Shown here piece by piece: positions 12,272 through 25,989 of a stretch of DNA of 49,180 nt. Position 1 is the stretch's first letter. Each line of letters starts with the position of its first letter. The position numbers and the translations under genes were made by a program. The stretch is from Octopus bimaculoides (taxonomy: Eukaryota), in NCBI RefSeq assembly GCF_001194135.2, contig NC_068988.1:62527534-62576713 (forward strand), in the 5' to 3' direction. The notes beneath the pieces are model-generated. The model was given only the letters and a program-made list of their open reading frames with translations, was not told the DNA's origin and did not search any database.

Positions 12272-12500
12272 GGCGGTGAGCTGGCAGAAACGTTAGCACG
12301 CTGGGCGAAATGCTTAGCTGTATTTCGTCTGCCGCTACGTTCTGAGTTCAAATTCTGCCGAGGTCGACTTTGCCTTTCAACATTTCGGGGTCTATTAAAT
12401 AAGTACCAGTTACGCACTGGGGTCGATATAATCGACTTAATCCGTTTGTGTGTCCTTGTATGTCCCCTCAGTGCGTAGCCCCTTGTGGGTAGTAAAGAAA
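12272..12500 (+). mobile_element. tRNA-derived SINE, family A (best-preserved copy)
   Basis: GGCGGTGAGCTGGCAGAAACGTTAG (A-box), GAGTTCAAATTC (B-box), central GTCGACTTTGCCTTTCA...CGGGGTC..TAAATAAGTACCAG. Seven homologous copies lie in the window. It resembles described octopus tRNA-derived SINEs (OK/OR1/OR2 group); exact family not assigned. Confidence 0.92.
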
Positions 12501-12528
12501 CAATACACAAGCATATATAGCTAGTAGG

Positions 12529-12641
12529 TGAGATACGGAGATGCCCAATATAGAAAACACGTTGTAGTGCCCAAATGATTTGAACTTCCACACCGAAATC
12601 TTTATCGAGGACTAAGTCCACAGAGTAAACATTGGCTATAA
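12529..12641 (+). repeat. About 112-bp diverged direct repeat, copy 1 (copy 2 at 13259-13370)
   Basis: Shared GAGATGCCCAATATAGA, CCCAAAT.ATTTGAACTT, CCGAAAT.TTTATCGAG and GCTATAAG blocks. Confidence 0.85.
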
Positions 12642-13399
12642 GGGGAAATAATGATGCAAATTGTTTATTTGCCTCATTATCTGCATATATATATATATAT
12701 ATATATGCATACATATTGTTGATATCTAGGAGTTTATAAACGTTTTGTAGAGGATACATCTCGAAACTGATAAACTTATAAATAATAACGTGCAAGTATT
12801 TGGTAAAAAAAATATGCTTGGATAGGAAAAGTTGAAGGCAAACTCTGGGTTTGAACACACAACTTTTTAAACATGACTCGCGAAACACCGTTGGATCAAT
12901 GTTTCCAATATCTCTATCCATATATTTCTGCCAGCGAAAATTCTATGTTGTTGACGTTATAATATCATATAAATTTCAAGAGGACGTAAAATAACTTGCT
13001 TTTAAGAAAGGTTTTTAGAGTAATTTGAAGGATTGCTTTGACCCAATGGTAGAACAACTGTCATGTTTACAAACCATGCAGGTTGGAGACAAATTTTTTA
13101 AAATCCAATATTTAGACACCATTTTTTAAAAATCCAATATTTAGACGCCATTTTTTATAGTTGTGTCTGCATCGAGATCTCTCATTCCAAAACTCACTCA
13201 CACACACACCTTCACACACTCCCACATACACACGCACGAACATATATAGTCAACCGATGAGATCCAGAGATGCCCAATATAGATAACTTAGTAGTGTCCC
13301 AAATTATTTGAACTTACACTCCGAAATTTTTATCGAGTACTTAGTCCGAGGAGTAATCAATTGCTATAAGAGTAATCCACGTGAGCTGATATGGGGATA

Positions 13400-13700
13400 A
13401 GTATACAAATCCGATCAACACCACAGTTAGCTCATGAATTAGTGTTCAAGTGACAGAGCACTCCTCAGATGCGTGTAACTACGTTTAACGTAGTTCTGAG
13501 AGAGATTTACCATGACACATAATGTGACAAGTATAGCCCTTTGAATTGTGGGTAAAATTCATATTTACCAGCTGAGTGGACCGGAATAAGGTGAAAGAAA
13601 GTGTCTTGCTGAAAGGCACAGCGCACTGTCAGGAATGGAACTGACAATCACAAAATCGTGTGTCACATGTTCTAACTATTTGCTAATCCATGCGCCTTAA
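13400..13700 (-). mobile_element. tRNA-derived SINE, family C (diverged)
   Basis: Shares CCAGCTGAGTGGAC, AATGTGACAAG and AAGTGT.TT.CT blocks with 25990-26330; tRNA-like head at the right end. Confidence 0.75.
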
Positions 13701-14642
13701 CATACACGCACATGCTCACACAATACACATACATATCCACACAAACACTCACACATAATCACATATATGTATACACACACACACACATATACACGTGTAT
13801 GTATCTACGTGTGTGCAGGCTGTGTATAACAGCAACAAATCTATGAAAGACTACTAAAATGCCTAGAGCCGGTGACAGAGTAGTTATCTGGATTTCAGAA
13901 GGAAATTTTTAAAAAAATCAATAACATTCACCTTTAAAATGGATATTATATGCGGAAAGATTAACTAATATGAATTTTTACTTTTATATATACTGTATTT
14001 AATATACATATTATCAATATTCCTGAAACATTATCTAGTTAAATAAGTATTGAACATATATGTTCCTATATATTTACATCCAAATTCCTCTGTAGTACGC
14101 AAATTGCTTTTACTATCACATGGCAGACTTGGCTCATTTGTTTTGCACCTAATAACTATACCTTATGGATTTTAGTGCAACAGCAACAAAAAAAAAATAT
14201 ATATACTTCCAGAAACGGTTGGATATGTATAGCAACTTACTTCTTGGTTTGGTGAGACATATAAGTGCGACGATGATATTTTTAAAAACTAATTACGTTT
14301 TAAGCAATAAATATATGGCTAAAATAAAGCAACGCAAACAGCGAACAACATGAGCGGTCCTATTGAATTTTCAGATAAAAGAAATACAGTTCCTTCATGC
14401 TGCAAATATCCTCATGAATCTTATGATCACAATATCTCTCAATATATTCTCTGCCTCCAAGAAAATATAAAGTGAACAATAAGTAATTAACCGTGTATAA
14501 ATATCATTAATGTAAGATAAGGAAACGTAATTTCCCCTACAGTATTAACGTTTTAAGTGGAATAAAAAATATAGAGAGGCTTGTAGATGAAGAGGAATAG
14601 AACGTTGCGAGAGAAGGAACCCTGATAAGAATAAAGAGCCAG

Positions 14643-14692
14643 TGAGAGAGAGAGAGAGAGAGAGAGGGGGACAGAGTGAGTGAGAGAGAGAT
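14643..14692. repeat. (GA)n microsatellite
   Basis: Direct reading. Confidence 0.9.
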
Positions 14693-15452
14693 GCAGTGTC
14701 TATCTGATAATGTTACTCTACCTAATTCACACTCTATAGCTTTTAGATGTGCTAGTCACATTATCTAGACCATTAACTTTGTTATTATACTACGATTTAC
14801 AATTTTTGTAATAACCATTAACGCGAAAACAATTTTATAATACAAACCAGTAGCTGAGATATAAAACAAGCAGCGACATTTAGTATATATTAAGAGCAAT
14901 GAACACACTGCTGCACTCGACATGCACTATCATTACGCATTAACCTACGAAACAAATAGAAGTAGTATTCGTAATATGAGCTGTATTGAATAATGTATAC
15001 CCAGTAAATCCAAGACTAGTTTATACTGGAGTTTATGTAATCTTATTCGGGCATTATGTTTCAACAACTAAATTTCACTGTACCTAACTAAAGAAATTAT
15101 TATTTCGCGTTTAATTAAACCCATTGTTATTTAATTTCCCATGGTAATGTTAGAAGATTTCTTGTTTATATATATTCAAAGAAATGGACATTCTTTATCG
15201 CAGAATATATTGATTGGTTCATAAGTTATTAAACTTTAGAAGATATTAAATGTAGTTAGATGAAAACATCTAGGAATTTCCCTCAGGTATTCACAAATGA
15301 AGTACACAAAACATAATACATTTAATTTGGAAACATAATGCATAATAATATCCACGAATACAATTATTTTCTGAAGGACAAACATAGATAATCAACACAC
15401 ATAAACTATTAAATACATGTGTACGTATATATATATATATATATATATATAT

Positions 15453-16323
15453 NNNNNNNNNNNNNNNNNNNNNNNNNNNNNNNNNNNNNNNNNNNNNNNN
15501 NNNNNNNNNNNNNNNNNNNNNNNNNNNNNNNNNNNNNNNNNNNNNNNNNNNNNNNNNNNNNNNNNNNNNNNNNNNNNNNNNNNNNNNNNNNNNNNNNNNN
15601 NNNNNNNNNNNNNNNNNNNNNNNNNNNNNNNNNNNNNNNNNNNNNNNNNNNNNNNNNNNNNNNNNNNNNNNNNNNNNNNNNNNNNNNNNNNNNNNNNNNN
15701 NNNNNNNNNNNNNNNNNNNNNNNNNNNNNNNNNNNNNNNNNNNNNNNNNNNNNNNNNNNNNNNNNNNNNNNNNNNNNNNNNNNNNNNNNNNNNNNNNNNN
15801 NNNNNNNNNNNNNNNNNNNNNNNNNNNNNNNNNNNNNNNNNNNNNNNNNNNNNNNNNNNNNNNNNNNNNNNNNNNNNNNNNNNNNNNNNNNNNNNNNNNN
15901 NNNNNNNNNNNNNNNNNNNNNNNNNNNNNNNNNNNNNNNNNNNNNNNNNNNNNNNNNNNNNNNNNNNNNNNNNNNNNNNNNNNNNNNNNNNNNNNNNNNN
16001 NNNNNNNNNNNNNNNNNNNNNNNNNNNNNNNNNNNNNNNNNNNNNNNNNNNNNNNNNNNNNNNNNNNNNNNNNNNNNNNNNNNNNNNNNNNNNNNNNNNN
16101 NNNNNNNNNNNNNNNNNNNNNNNNNNNNNNNNNNNNNNNNNNNNNNNNNNNNNNNNNNNNNNNNNNNNNNNNNNNNNNNNNNNNNNNNNNNNNNNNNNNN
16201 NNNNNNNNNNNNNNNNNNNNNNNNNNNNNNNNNNNNNNNNNNNNNNNNNNNNNNNNNNNNNNNNNNNNNNNNNNNNNNNNNNNNNNNNNNNNNNNNNNNN
16301 NNNNNNNNNNNNNNNNNNNNNNN
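15453..16323. other. Assembly gap (N run flanked by (TA)n)
   Basis: Largest gap. Others: 6653-6662, 12250-12259, 16630-16660, 20637-20884, 24176-24542, 30668-30756, 35991-36035, 45151-45160, 45347-45767. All long X-filled ORFs come from these. Confidence 1.
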
Positions 16324-17959
16324 TATATATATATATATATCTATGTGGGTATGTATGAATGCATGTATTTATACAACCATACACAGGCACACCGACACTC
16401 ACATACATATACTTAGGATGTCACTGGTGTGAGTCATTAGACGTTGTAATAATTTCAACAGAAGATATATTAACATTTGAACAGTTAATGCTGTGAAAGA
16501 ATCAATCACATATAGAAATAAATACAAGGTAACGTTAGAATGGAATATTGTATATATTTGTAATATATATACATACGTATATATATGCACACACATATAT
16601 ATATATATACGTATGTATATATATATATANNNNNNNNNNNNNNNNNNNNNNNNNNNNNNNTATATAAAATCCACTATTACATATAGAAAAATTAATAATT
16701 AAAAGCACAATAAATGCGTATAATATAAAGTAAAGTGAATATCATAAGATAAATATATATATATATGCATATATACATATATGCACGCACACATATATAC
16801 ACTCACACACTTATATTTATTTTAATGATCGCCCTTGATGCCGTTTGCACGTATACATAGCTTTTTGCGATGTAATTACTATTTGTATTCTAGCGTAAAC
16901 ATTTTTTATCTTTTCATATGACACTCAATTAGACTTTAAATGTCGCCCTCGAGGCAATTTCCTAAGCAACATTGGAAAAAACAATGTGACACAATCTAAT
17001 CCATGTACCAAGATACATTGCCTCATCAATGGTGATAAAAAACTGAATGATATGATTTTGAATGATAATCAATTTTTTAAAGCTGTATTATATCTTCTGC
17101 CTTTAGTGATGTAAACCAGGAACCGAGTATTAAATCTCTGAGAAAAAAAATTTCCCCGAAGTTGGTATGTTCTAAAGATCTTCGTAAATGTTATTTGTTT
17201 CCAGATGTACTCTGATCATGCAGACATGTGAATCCATACGTTCTAGCCTTCACAATTCTATGAAATTCTTCGCCAATTTCTTAATTCCCTTTCTTCTTCA
17301 AGTTTGCCTTTACTTTTTGACCGGCAATAAATTTGTTTCGTATTTCTTTGGAAAAAATTTACCGATTTAAAGCTACATTTTTTAACTGAATTACATAAGT
17401 TTAATTATTTTACAAATTTCGACTTGCAAGATTTGATATAAACCCGTATCCTGCCAGTGAAATTAATAATACATCTTGTAGCAGTGTCAATATTTTTGAC
17501 AAACGGGTAGATCAACATTTCCCAAGTTTTGTGATTTCATCAGTCGCTAGAATTAAAATATGAAATCTTTTAAATATTTTGCAAAGTAGATTTTAAAATC
17601 CCTTCCTTCACGAGGGCTCAATTTCGAAATGAATATCCTTTAAAGTGGATAATCCCATATTTCATAAATTCTCAAATTTATCATGCTTTACACACTATTT
17701 TCAAAAACATTACTTAACATTTTTTTTATATAAGATACGGTGAATTTCGAATCCCTTTGCAGACATCAATACTGCAAAAGCCATTGTGACGATGCTCATT
17801 GAAAGCGTTCCAATCAGTTCAGTTCTTTTCAAATTTTATGCCAAATGCGATATAACACCAGTCTATAGAACACGCACTGTTTTCAATGTGCTTTGTTTTC
17901 AATTAAATTTACTTCTGATGAGTAAAGTAATTCCGTAAATATACTTCTATCCTTTTTAA

Positions 17960-18168
17960 CTCTCGGTACAAGACCCGAAAGTTTGGTGGAAGGCGGGGGT
18001 TCAGTCGATTAGATTGACTCCAGTACGCAACTGGTATTTAATTCATCAACAACCAAAGGACGAAAGGCAAAGTCGACCTCGGTGGAATTTTAATTCAGAA
18101 CGTAAAGACAGACAAAATATCGCTAAGCAATTCGCCTGGTGTGCTAACATTTCCATCAGCTCACCGCC
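17960..18168 (-). mobile_element. tRNA-derived SINE, family A
   Basis: GAAAGGCAAAGTCGACCTCGG...CAGCTCACCGCC is the reverse complement of the 12272 copy. Confidence 0.9.
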
Positions 18169-20899
18169 GTTATATATTCCACTATTGTCATATTGACTTC
18201 TCCCAATACAGGCCGTGGACAAATGTCATTTGGGATCTTATTACATTCCTATGTGTAGTTTTCGCCCGAAGCAACTATCACTTCCATATTCCTGGGGTTT
18301 CGAAAGTAAACTACAAAGAAGTAGTGTACTGATAAAATACGTTACACCCTCTTTGCATAAATAGCATGCAAATTTTAAACAAGCATGCTTTGCTATTGTT
18401 TTTTGGGATGCAACTGATGCTGCAGGGGAGATACCTCAGGAAATACTGAGTTACGTTCATTCATAATCTCATATCAAATCAGGTCAATCAGATCGAGTTC
18501 CAGTATGCGTTTCGCTTTTCCCAAAATTTCGGACCTTGCGCCAAGAGTAGAAAAGAATATTGTAAACAGATATGATTGTAATTTTGTATTCGCTCGATGA
18601 TTGAACTTTTATGCTTTAGCTTCAAACATAATCAGTTCCTCTGATAAAATATGCTTGACAGATAATCCATAATTATTATGCAAACAAAAAGCATTTAGTT
18701 ACATAGAAATAGCAGTTGCATTATCATGAAAATATACAGACTATTTTATGTTAAAGAGGCTACATTATACAATATAGGTAAGCAAAAATAAATTGCGAAG
18801 GTCACGAGTGGAATGCCTTTAAACATAAGCCTGCGCCTCGGGAATTGGTCTAAACTTAAATAATATCAAATGACAACAATAAATAATGGTTATTATTGTG
18901 CAAAATTTTGTTTCAAACGTGAAGCCGCCAGATAATATAGTCAATAGTAGTAACTTCCAGTCTTCGAGTCCAATAATATCTATCATTAGTATTTATTAGG
19001 TTTAGTTATTATTGGCATTATGACAGAACCATGTAATTAGAGCGAATGGGAATTGTTCAAATGTTTCTCATTTATGCACTAACGCAGATAAACTATCAGC
19101 AATTCTAATATTCCCTTGTAATGGCAGATCAAAAGCAGTATAGTCCTATGATTAAAACAGCTCTTATGTAAACGTTTCTGTATGCAATAACATTCGTCCG
19201 TAACTTTTATAGGAACAACAACAAAACATGCTATTATATAACAGTCATGGTGTGTCCAAGATATTTGCTGTGTAAACTGAATGTCCACGTATTAAAGTTA
19301 AATAAATTCTACGCAGTGAACACTTTCACAGGTCAAACACAAATAAATTACCGTTGAATCGTATATGAAATATTGAACGTGGCTTACCGTTTAGCGATGT
19401 TGCGCTCAAGAACGTAAGGCTGTTGGTTGGATTTTGATTCTTCTTCAGTAATTTATTGCATGTTACCTTTGTCTACCCAGCTTAAATGAGTATCTGGCCA
19501 TTGCTTTATTAAATCTTTCTCGCTACAGCTGTGACATGGTTGGTTATCCGCTTTGGCAAGTATGTATGTGTTGAAACTTGGTCTATGTCTGCTTAAAACG
19601 TCTTTGTTCCTTCATCTATTTAGCGAAAGTATAGTCCCTGTTACCAAATTGTACTTCCATACTAATGGCGGCTATACATGCAATACAATATTAAACTGTA
19701 AAATTAAGCAAAATACTTCAATATATTTATTTACCTGACTATATCGACAATAAAATACAATGAGAAACATATCTTACCGATACAGATTTTGAGTAGAAAT
19801 TATTTAAAATGAACTTTGAAATCAACATGAAAAGGAGGAAAGGTGCTCTTGGATGCTACTAATTAAACTGGTGACACTACGATAGTTTTCTTTATGAACC
19901 CTGCCCTCGAAGAAGTGCAGCATACTCCCTAAGACTTCGAACGTTCTCCCTACACAACTTAATCAAATTACAGATTTCTACCTGGAGGAACTGTCCTCAC
20001 TACCTGGATCTGCTCACGCTATATTTACTACCAATTAATCGTAAGGTGTTATTTGTTCCCCGACTACTTTCATTCTGAACGGATAACGCTACCGTAGTCC
20101 TGTATCACGCTAAGACATTTATTCACCACGTCATACTGAACAAGTGAAATTAATATAACCATCAATATTAATGAAACGCATAAGGTGTCATTGCGCTTTC
20201 TGTACCTTAGCCTCAAGATTTCCTCTGTGGAGAAATGCATTCGCCGTTACACCTAGGACTACGAAATGTTAATATGATACAATGTAATATATTTCTCAAG
20301 AGATTAACCCAGGACAATATATGTTGTTTCTGCTGAAGTTGAACGTATGATACATAAGTAATACTCGTAGCTGACTTAAAATACAGTTAAAAACAGTTTT
20401 AGAAAGAGCGCTATGAAAGACATTACAATATGGCAATCTGCATTCGTTGATTGTTTTGTCTCAGTGTCCTTTATATTTTGGTACCAGTAACATAAAATAA
20501 CGTCTCAATAGTTACCATAAATCTATACTTATAAAACTAAATACAATAAGGTATTATATAGTAGCCGTCACTGATAACAAGCCTAATGAATAAAATAAAG
20601 GGACTAATTCAAAAATATAAAGTCTGATTCATTCAANNNNNNNNNNNNNNNNNNNNNNNNNNNNNNNNNNNNNNNNNNNNNNNNNNNNNNNNNNNNNNNN
20701 NNNNNNNNNNNNNNNNNNNNNNNNNNNNNNNNNNNNNNNNNNNNNNNNNNNNNNNNNNNNNNNNNNNNNNNNNNNNNNNNNNNNNNNNNNNNNNNNNNNN
20801 NNNNNNNNNNNNNNNNNNNNNNNNNNNNNNNNNNNNNNNNNNNNNNNNNNNNNNNNNNNNNNNNNNNNNNNNNNNNNNNNNNNNTTAATTCTCTAAATG

Positions 20900-21120
20900 A
20901 AGTATTAACAGTAACTGCACGATAAAGTGTAGTATATTGCCACTTAAGTGTGGCTGACCCCTAGGGGTGGATGTTACTGTTGCTTTTAGCCCCAGGAGGA
21001 CATCTCCTCCAGCTGGCTTATCGACACACGACTGTGTCCTGTTTGCCAAGGGAGTTATCCCTCTCACCACGACCAGCAGCACGAACGTATCCGGATTTCA
21101 GGGTTATTTCCCTTCTTCGA
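20900..21120. mobile_element. Probable interspersed-repeat fragment, unclassified
   Basis: GC-rich island between a gap and a (TA)n tract with no credible ORF or splice structure; family not recognised. Confidence 0.3.
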
Positions 21121-21545
21121 TATATATATATATATGTATACATATATACACATATACATGTGTATCTACATAGACACACACACATATATATATACGTTTA
21201 TATCATTTCATGAATATGTTGTTTATAAATCAAAATATACAGATATATAAGCATATATGTAGGTGTATACTTATATCTCGTAGATATTTACATGTTTACT
21301 TGCATAAATATGCATGCGCACGTGCACGTATTCATATACATACATATGTACACATGCATATATATACACATATGCAGATACAAATTTAAATGCATACAAG
21401 CATTTCAATTTATGCATAAATTGATACATACATTTATATTCATATATATATATATATGTATATATGTATATACCTACGTATGTATTCATAAATTCACACA
21501 CACACACACTAATACGAACTTATACAGATACGTATGTATATAGTA
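21120..21545. repeat. Degenerate (TA)/(CA)/(TACA) low-complexity tract (a similar one at 21940-22270)
   Basis: Direct reading; produces Y/I/H/M/C-rich spurious ORFs. Confidence 0.9.
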
Positions 21546-21982
21546 TACATAACATTTTTTTCAGGTTTTCAATATTATGTTGGAATTTTTCACTTAATAA
21601 TCCTAGAAGCTAATTTTATATTCCAATATATAAGCCTTATCCTTGAAATTTTTATTCAGGTGTAATATTGGGGATGATCCATTGTATATTTCACTTTGAT
21701 GTTTATGATGGACTCACAGACTAGCATAATATATTGCTTTCTGAGAGGTTTACACATGAATGCATCTCAATTTTTCTTCCAATTTCTATTGTTGATATTA
21801 GATGGGAAATTGAAAATATCAGTTAAACGTGAAGCCTAAATAATAAGGCATGCATGCAGATATGGGTTATGTCCCGGCATAGCATAAATATGGCTCCATT
21901 ATCATGTAAACATCTTTTTCACACTGATATACAATTTCTGCATATTATGCGTGAATATACATGTTATTGCGTATGTACGTAC

Positions 21983-22014
<32 letters not shown>

Positions 22015-23319
22015 GCAAACATATATATAATTTTATGCATACATGCATATATATGTGCGCGTATGCGTTGCGAGTGTGTACGTATACGTATAAGTACATA
22101 TGTATACATATGCATCTATATGCAGGCTTATATAGAGTATACAATATGCTGCATATGTACAGGAACGTATGAATATGTTATATACTTATGTTTGTAAGTC
22201 TATATGCATGTATATATATATATATATATGCATATGTATATGTGTCTTTGTGTGTTTGTGTGTCTATCTTGTGTGTGGGGTGTCTGCAACTCTGTTTGCG
22301 TTTCCATATAGAAAATATGATTGAATCGATTATTGATAGTCAATCTCAATGGAAATTTTATATCTAACCAAGTCGTTATTTCAGTTTATGAAAGTATTCT
22401 GGGTTTTTTTTTCTTATTTGGCCATTAGAAATGCCTGCTATTATAAGAAATGTTATCTGTGACGTTGGTAATACGAAGACCTTCCCCAAATGTTTGTTGT
22501 ATTATAAGTATTTTTATATTTGTTAAGTGAAATGAAATTTCACACTGCTTTCCGCTCTGGAATTGCTTTCTACTTGTTAATAGTTTAGATAGGAATCATA
22601 CGACGTCATTACTTAAATCAACAAAGCACTTGTTGTTCAGACTCGTATGAAATACTCAATCGTAATATCATGAGTTCGCTTAAGATAGAGTGCTGTACAG
22701 AGAAATGATGATTTAAAACTTTTTTTAGATGAACTGCTGATATTCAAACACCAGATTCATTCCCTTGAAGTAGCATAAGATCATTGTTAACTACACCGTC
22801 TCAACTTAGCCGACATGAAATAACACCTTAACAATCGGACTTGCTTTTTACATATAATGCAAATTACATATGGAATAAAATGTGTGTAACCCTTCTGTAT
22901 AGCTTTGCTTCAAATACTAAACGTAAAATTTATTTCCACTTATACGTGCACCTGCACCTCGGTTAATGAAGTTATATTTCGCTAGCATAATACACCAAGT
23001 TGTCAGGTAACTTTCAATTTTTTTTCAATTTAACCCTGTTTTTATTTCACATAAATTTAAACAAATCAGTGAACAATATATCCCTATTCATTGTTTACGT
23101 ATATGTGCAAAACGTTCTACTAGCTTGTCAATATTTCGGGTTTTGTTGCTGAATGAAACGCTTCGCTGGCGTTGGAGAGCGGCCGAAAAATACGCTAAGT
23201 GCGACAGAACTTCACATCAGAAGTTTTTAATAGCATTTTTGAGTGAATTAGCAATGGGGGTGCGAGAGTTTTCTTGTTGAAAAAGTACACTATGATGCGG
23301 TTGGGTCTTTTCAGTTGCA

Positions 23320-23500
23320 TTATTCATCGAGTGAAGATGACGGGTATGATTCCCTTGGATAACACTAGTGACGTGTAGATGGGAGGCCGGTATGCATGAG
23401 CGACCACTGGTCCTCCATAAACAACCTTGCCCGGACTTGTGCCTCGGAGGGTAACTTTCTAGGTGCAATCCGATGGTCAGTCATGACCGAATGGGGTCTC
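23320..23500 (+). mobile_element. Probable retroposon 3' fragment followed by AT-rich tail
   Basis: GC-rich segment ending GGTGCAATCCGATGGTCAGTCATGACCGAATGGGGTCTC, then (AT)n. It resembles a common octopus repeat tail from memory only. Confidence 0.4.
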
Positions 23501-23559
23501 AGCATATATGTGTAAATATATATGAAAATATACATATATATATATACTTATATATAAAC

Positions 23560-23942
23560 ATAGGAAAAACTGAAAATGGAGACAAACGTTCAAGATGCTA
23601 TTGCCGTTTATATTTTCATATCATCGACATAGGTTTTGATGGATGCACTCAAATTAAATCCCACAGAATGAATAATGTGGAGCATTGCAAGTCTTATTAG
23701 GGTGCGTATAAATAACAGTGAGCATCAATAAGACATTTTAACAGACATCTGTTAAACTGTCTTATTGATGCACACTGTTGTTTATATCCTCCATGATAAG
23801 ACTGATGTATTACTCCTCACCGCACTGTTCATCCTGTCAGATTTATTTTGAGTGCATCCATCGAAACATATGTCGGTGATATGAAGATATAAATGAATTA
23901 AGAGCATCTTGAGCGTTTGTGTCTATTTTCAATTTTTCCTAT
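23560..23942. mobile_element. 383-bp fold-back palindrome (MITE-like, TA flanks)
   Basis: The left half is the reverse complement of the right half over the whole length. The inner arms 23707-23745 and 23748-23786 match 36/39 around a 2-nt loop. Outer arms: TAGGAAAAACTGAAAATGG... and ...CTATTTTCAATTTTTCCTA. Confidence 0.85.
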
Positions 23943-24063
23943 CTACACCAAAATACGTCTCGCTTCTCCCCGGAATTAACTCCCACACAGTCGTGATCTC
24001 TGATTCCTAGGACACTTTGTGGCATATGGCTACCTTGTAATTATTGCCCTGGATCGTTCCTAA

Positions 24064-24099
<36 letters not shown>

Positions 24100-24103
<4 letters not shown>

Positions 24104-24175
24104 CCGACGGGCTCCCTTCAGTTTCTATCTACCAAACCCAGTCACAAGGCCTTTGCCGGTCCGAGGATATAGTAG
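24100..24175 (-). mobile_element. SINE family B fragment cut by gap
   Basis: CCGACGGGCTCCCTTCAGTTTC..CTACCAAA...CACAAGGC, homologous to the 9850 and 42850 regions, directly after (TA)n. Confidence 0.85.
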
Positions 24176-24542
24176 NNNNNNNNNNNNNNNNNNNNNNNNN
24201 NNNNNNNNNNNNNNNNNNNNNNNNNNNNNNNNNNNNNNNNNNNNNNNNNNNNNNNNNNNNNNNNNNNNNNNNNNNNNNNNNNNNNNNNNNNNNNNNNNNN
24301 NNNNNNNNNNNNNNNNNNNNNNNNNNNNNNNNNNNNNNNNNNNNNNNNNNNNNNNNNNNNNNNNNNNNNNNNNNNNNNNNNNNNNNNNNNNNNNNNNNNN
24401 NNNNNNNNNNNNNNNNNNNNNNNNNNNNNNNNNNNNNNNNNNNNNNNNNNNNNNNNNNNNNNNNNNNNNNNNNNNNNNNNNNNNNNNNNNNNNNNNNNNN
24501 NNNNNNNNNNNNNNNNNNNNNNNNNNNNNNNNNNNNNNNNNN

Positions 24543-24573
<31 letters not shown>

Positions 24574-25389
24574 TATATACGGAGAGAGCGGAAGAAAGAG
24601 AGAGAGAAGGGGAGAGAATAGAATAGAATATAATAGAATGAAATGGAATCTTTCAATAGGGTTTAACGATTTAAAAATAAAATTTATTTTAATCTTTCGT
24701 GATTGAACGCGAAATTCGAACTCTGAATATCGTCAGTCGTTACTGAATATATTGAAATGTTCCACGCGAATTACTATTTAGACGTTAGCTTTTATTTTAA
24801 ATGCTACTAAAATGTGTATGTACTGGATAACTTTATAATCTGAAGCTCAAAATGTGTCACCTCAGTAGCATGAATCATTTAAACGTTCGTCTACAATAAA
24901 TCATTATCTCTTTCAAAGTATCATATCATTATCGTTATTTGTCAATTCGAATCAGAATAGATTGTGCTGCAGGAAGTTGATGCAATTATTTTTGTGTAAA
25001 TCATTTATCTTAATAATTATTTAACCCTTGGTTAGAAAAAATCCGTCACTACCACAATTAATGAAATTGATCTATCAAAGCACTTCGGGCACTTTTGTAT
25101 CGATCGAATGTGTTTGAATATTGTCTGCTTATATCTTTAGTTTCAATAAGCATAACCGTCCACTCTCATGAAGCAGAAAAGCAACTGAAATAACAATTAA
25201 TGAATTAAATTTGGTTTTCAATGTTAAGTGGCAAACATAATCATATTATCGGATCACGAAACTTTTAAAGAACTAATGAGTTTGAAATGAAGTGTTTAAT
25301 GTAAAGTTAGCTGTTTTGTTTTCTCTCAAAATTCAGTGAAGCGATGAGTCACATGATTACGGATAATTATCTCCGGTTTCTATTTTCAG

Positions 25390-25443
25390 ATGAGTAGAGA
25401 AGAACGTGATGTCACCGCCATAGAGATACAGGCCAATGGCAAG
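25390..25443 (+). CDS. Putative coding exon (MSREERDVTAIEIQANGK), product unknown
   Basis: Acceptor GGTTTCTATTTTCAG| and donor AAG|GTAACT. The 54 nt are open only in phase 0 (the other frames hit TAG/TGA at once); unique, non-repetitive composition. Confidence 0.6.
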
Positions 25444-25989
25444 GTAACTGTCCAAATAAAGAATGTTAATACTGTAATATTTTCCAAATGTGAAATACGA
25501 ACGAACATTACTTATTGTTATAGCTAAAGTATCCATCAGGGTAACAGGAACAACTTGAATTCATGAATAAGGATGATTATATGATCTAAAACCTGACGCC
25601 AGGTCCTTATCTAGAGCGTTGTCTAGAGATAACAGTCGAAAGTTTTCCCATATAACCCTCTACTGCCATAACATTTCTGAAAAGAACTTACTGTATAATG
25701 CATTCTCGGGTAACTTGCTAGAAAATGTGAGGATACTTCTAGAATAATAATTGATTATGGATTTGTTCCAAGAAAATTGACTTATGTATGTACACAGTAA
25801 AGCCTATCCACTATTGTATTGAAAATGTAAGGCTTAAATACTGCAAATATTGTGCATGGTCACGCTTGCTCATACACAAAGGATAATATGAAATGTTGCA
25901 CGTTTGTCTTTCAGATAGATGAAAAAATGACACCTTCAAATCATCTAGATACATACGGCATTTCTTCTCTGCATAATATCAGCAATAGG

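Noticed and set aside
12272-12360. tRNA-like A/B boxes here and in other SINE heads; short direct repeats resembling CRISPR
   Set aside because: The heads cannot fold a full cloverleaf and continue into SINE bodies. No regularly spaced repeat-spacer array exists, and the sequence is eukaryotic.
17050-17800. Possible hAT (Buster/SPIN-like) transposase remnant on the minus strand (LATDEIT)
   Set aside because: One weak motif only; heavy decay.
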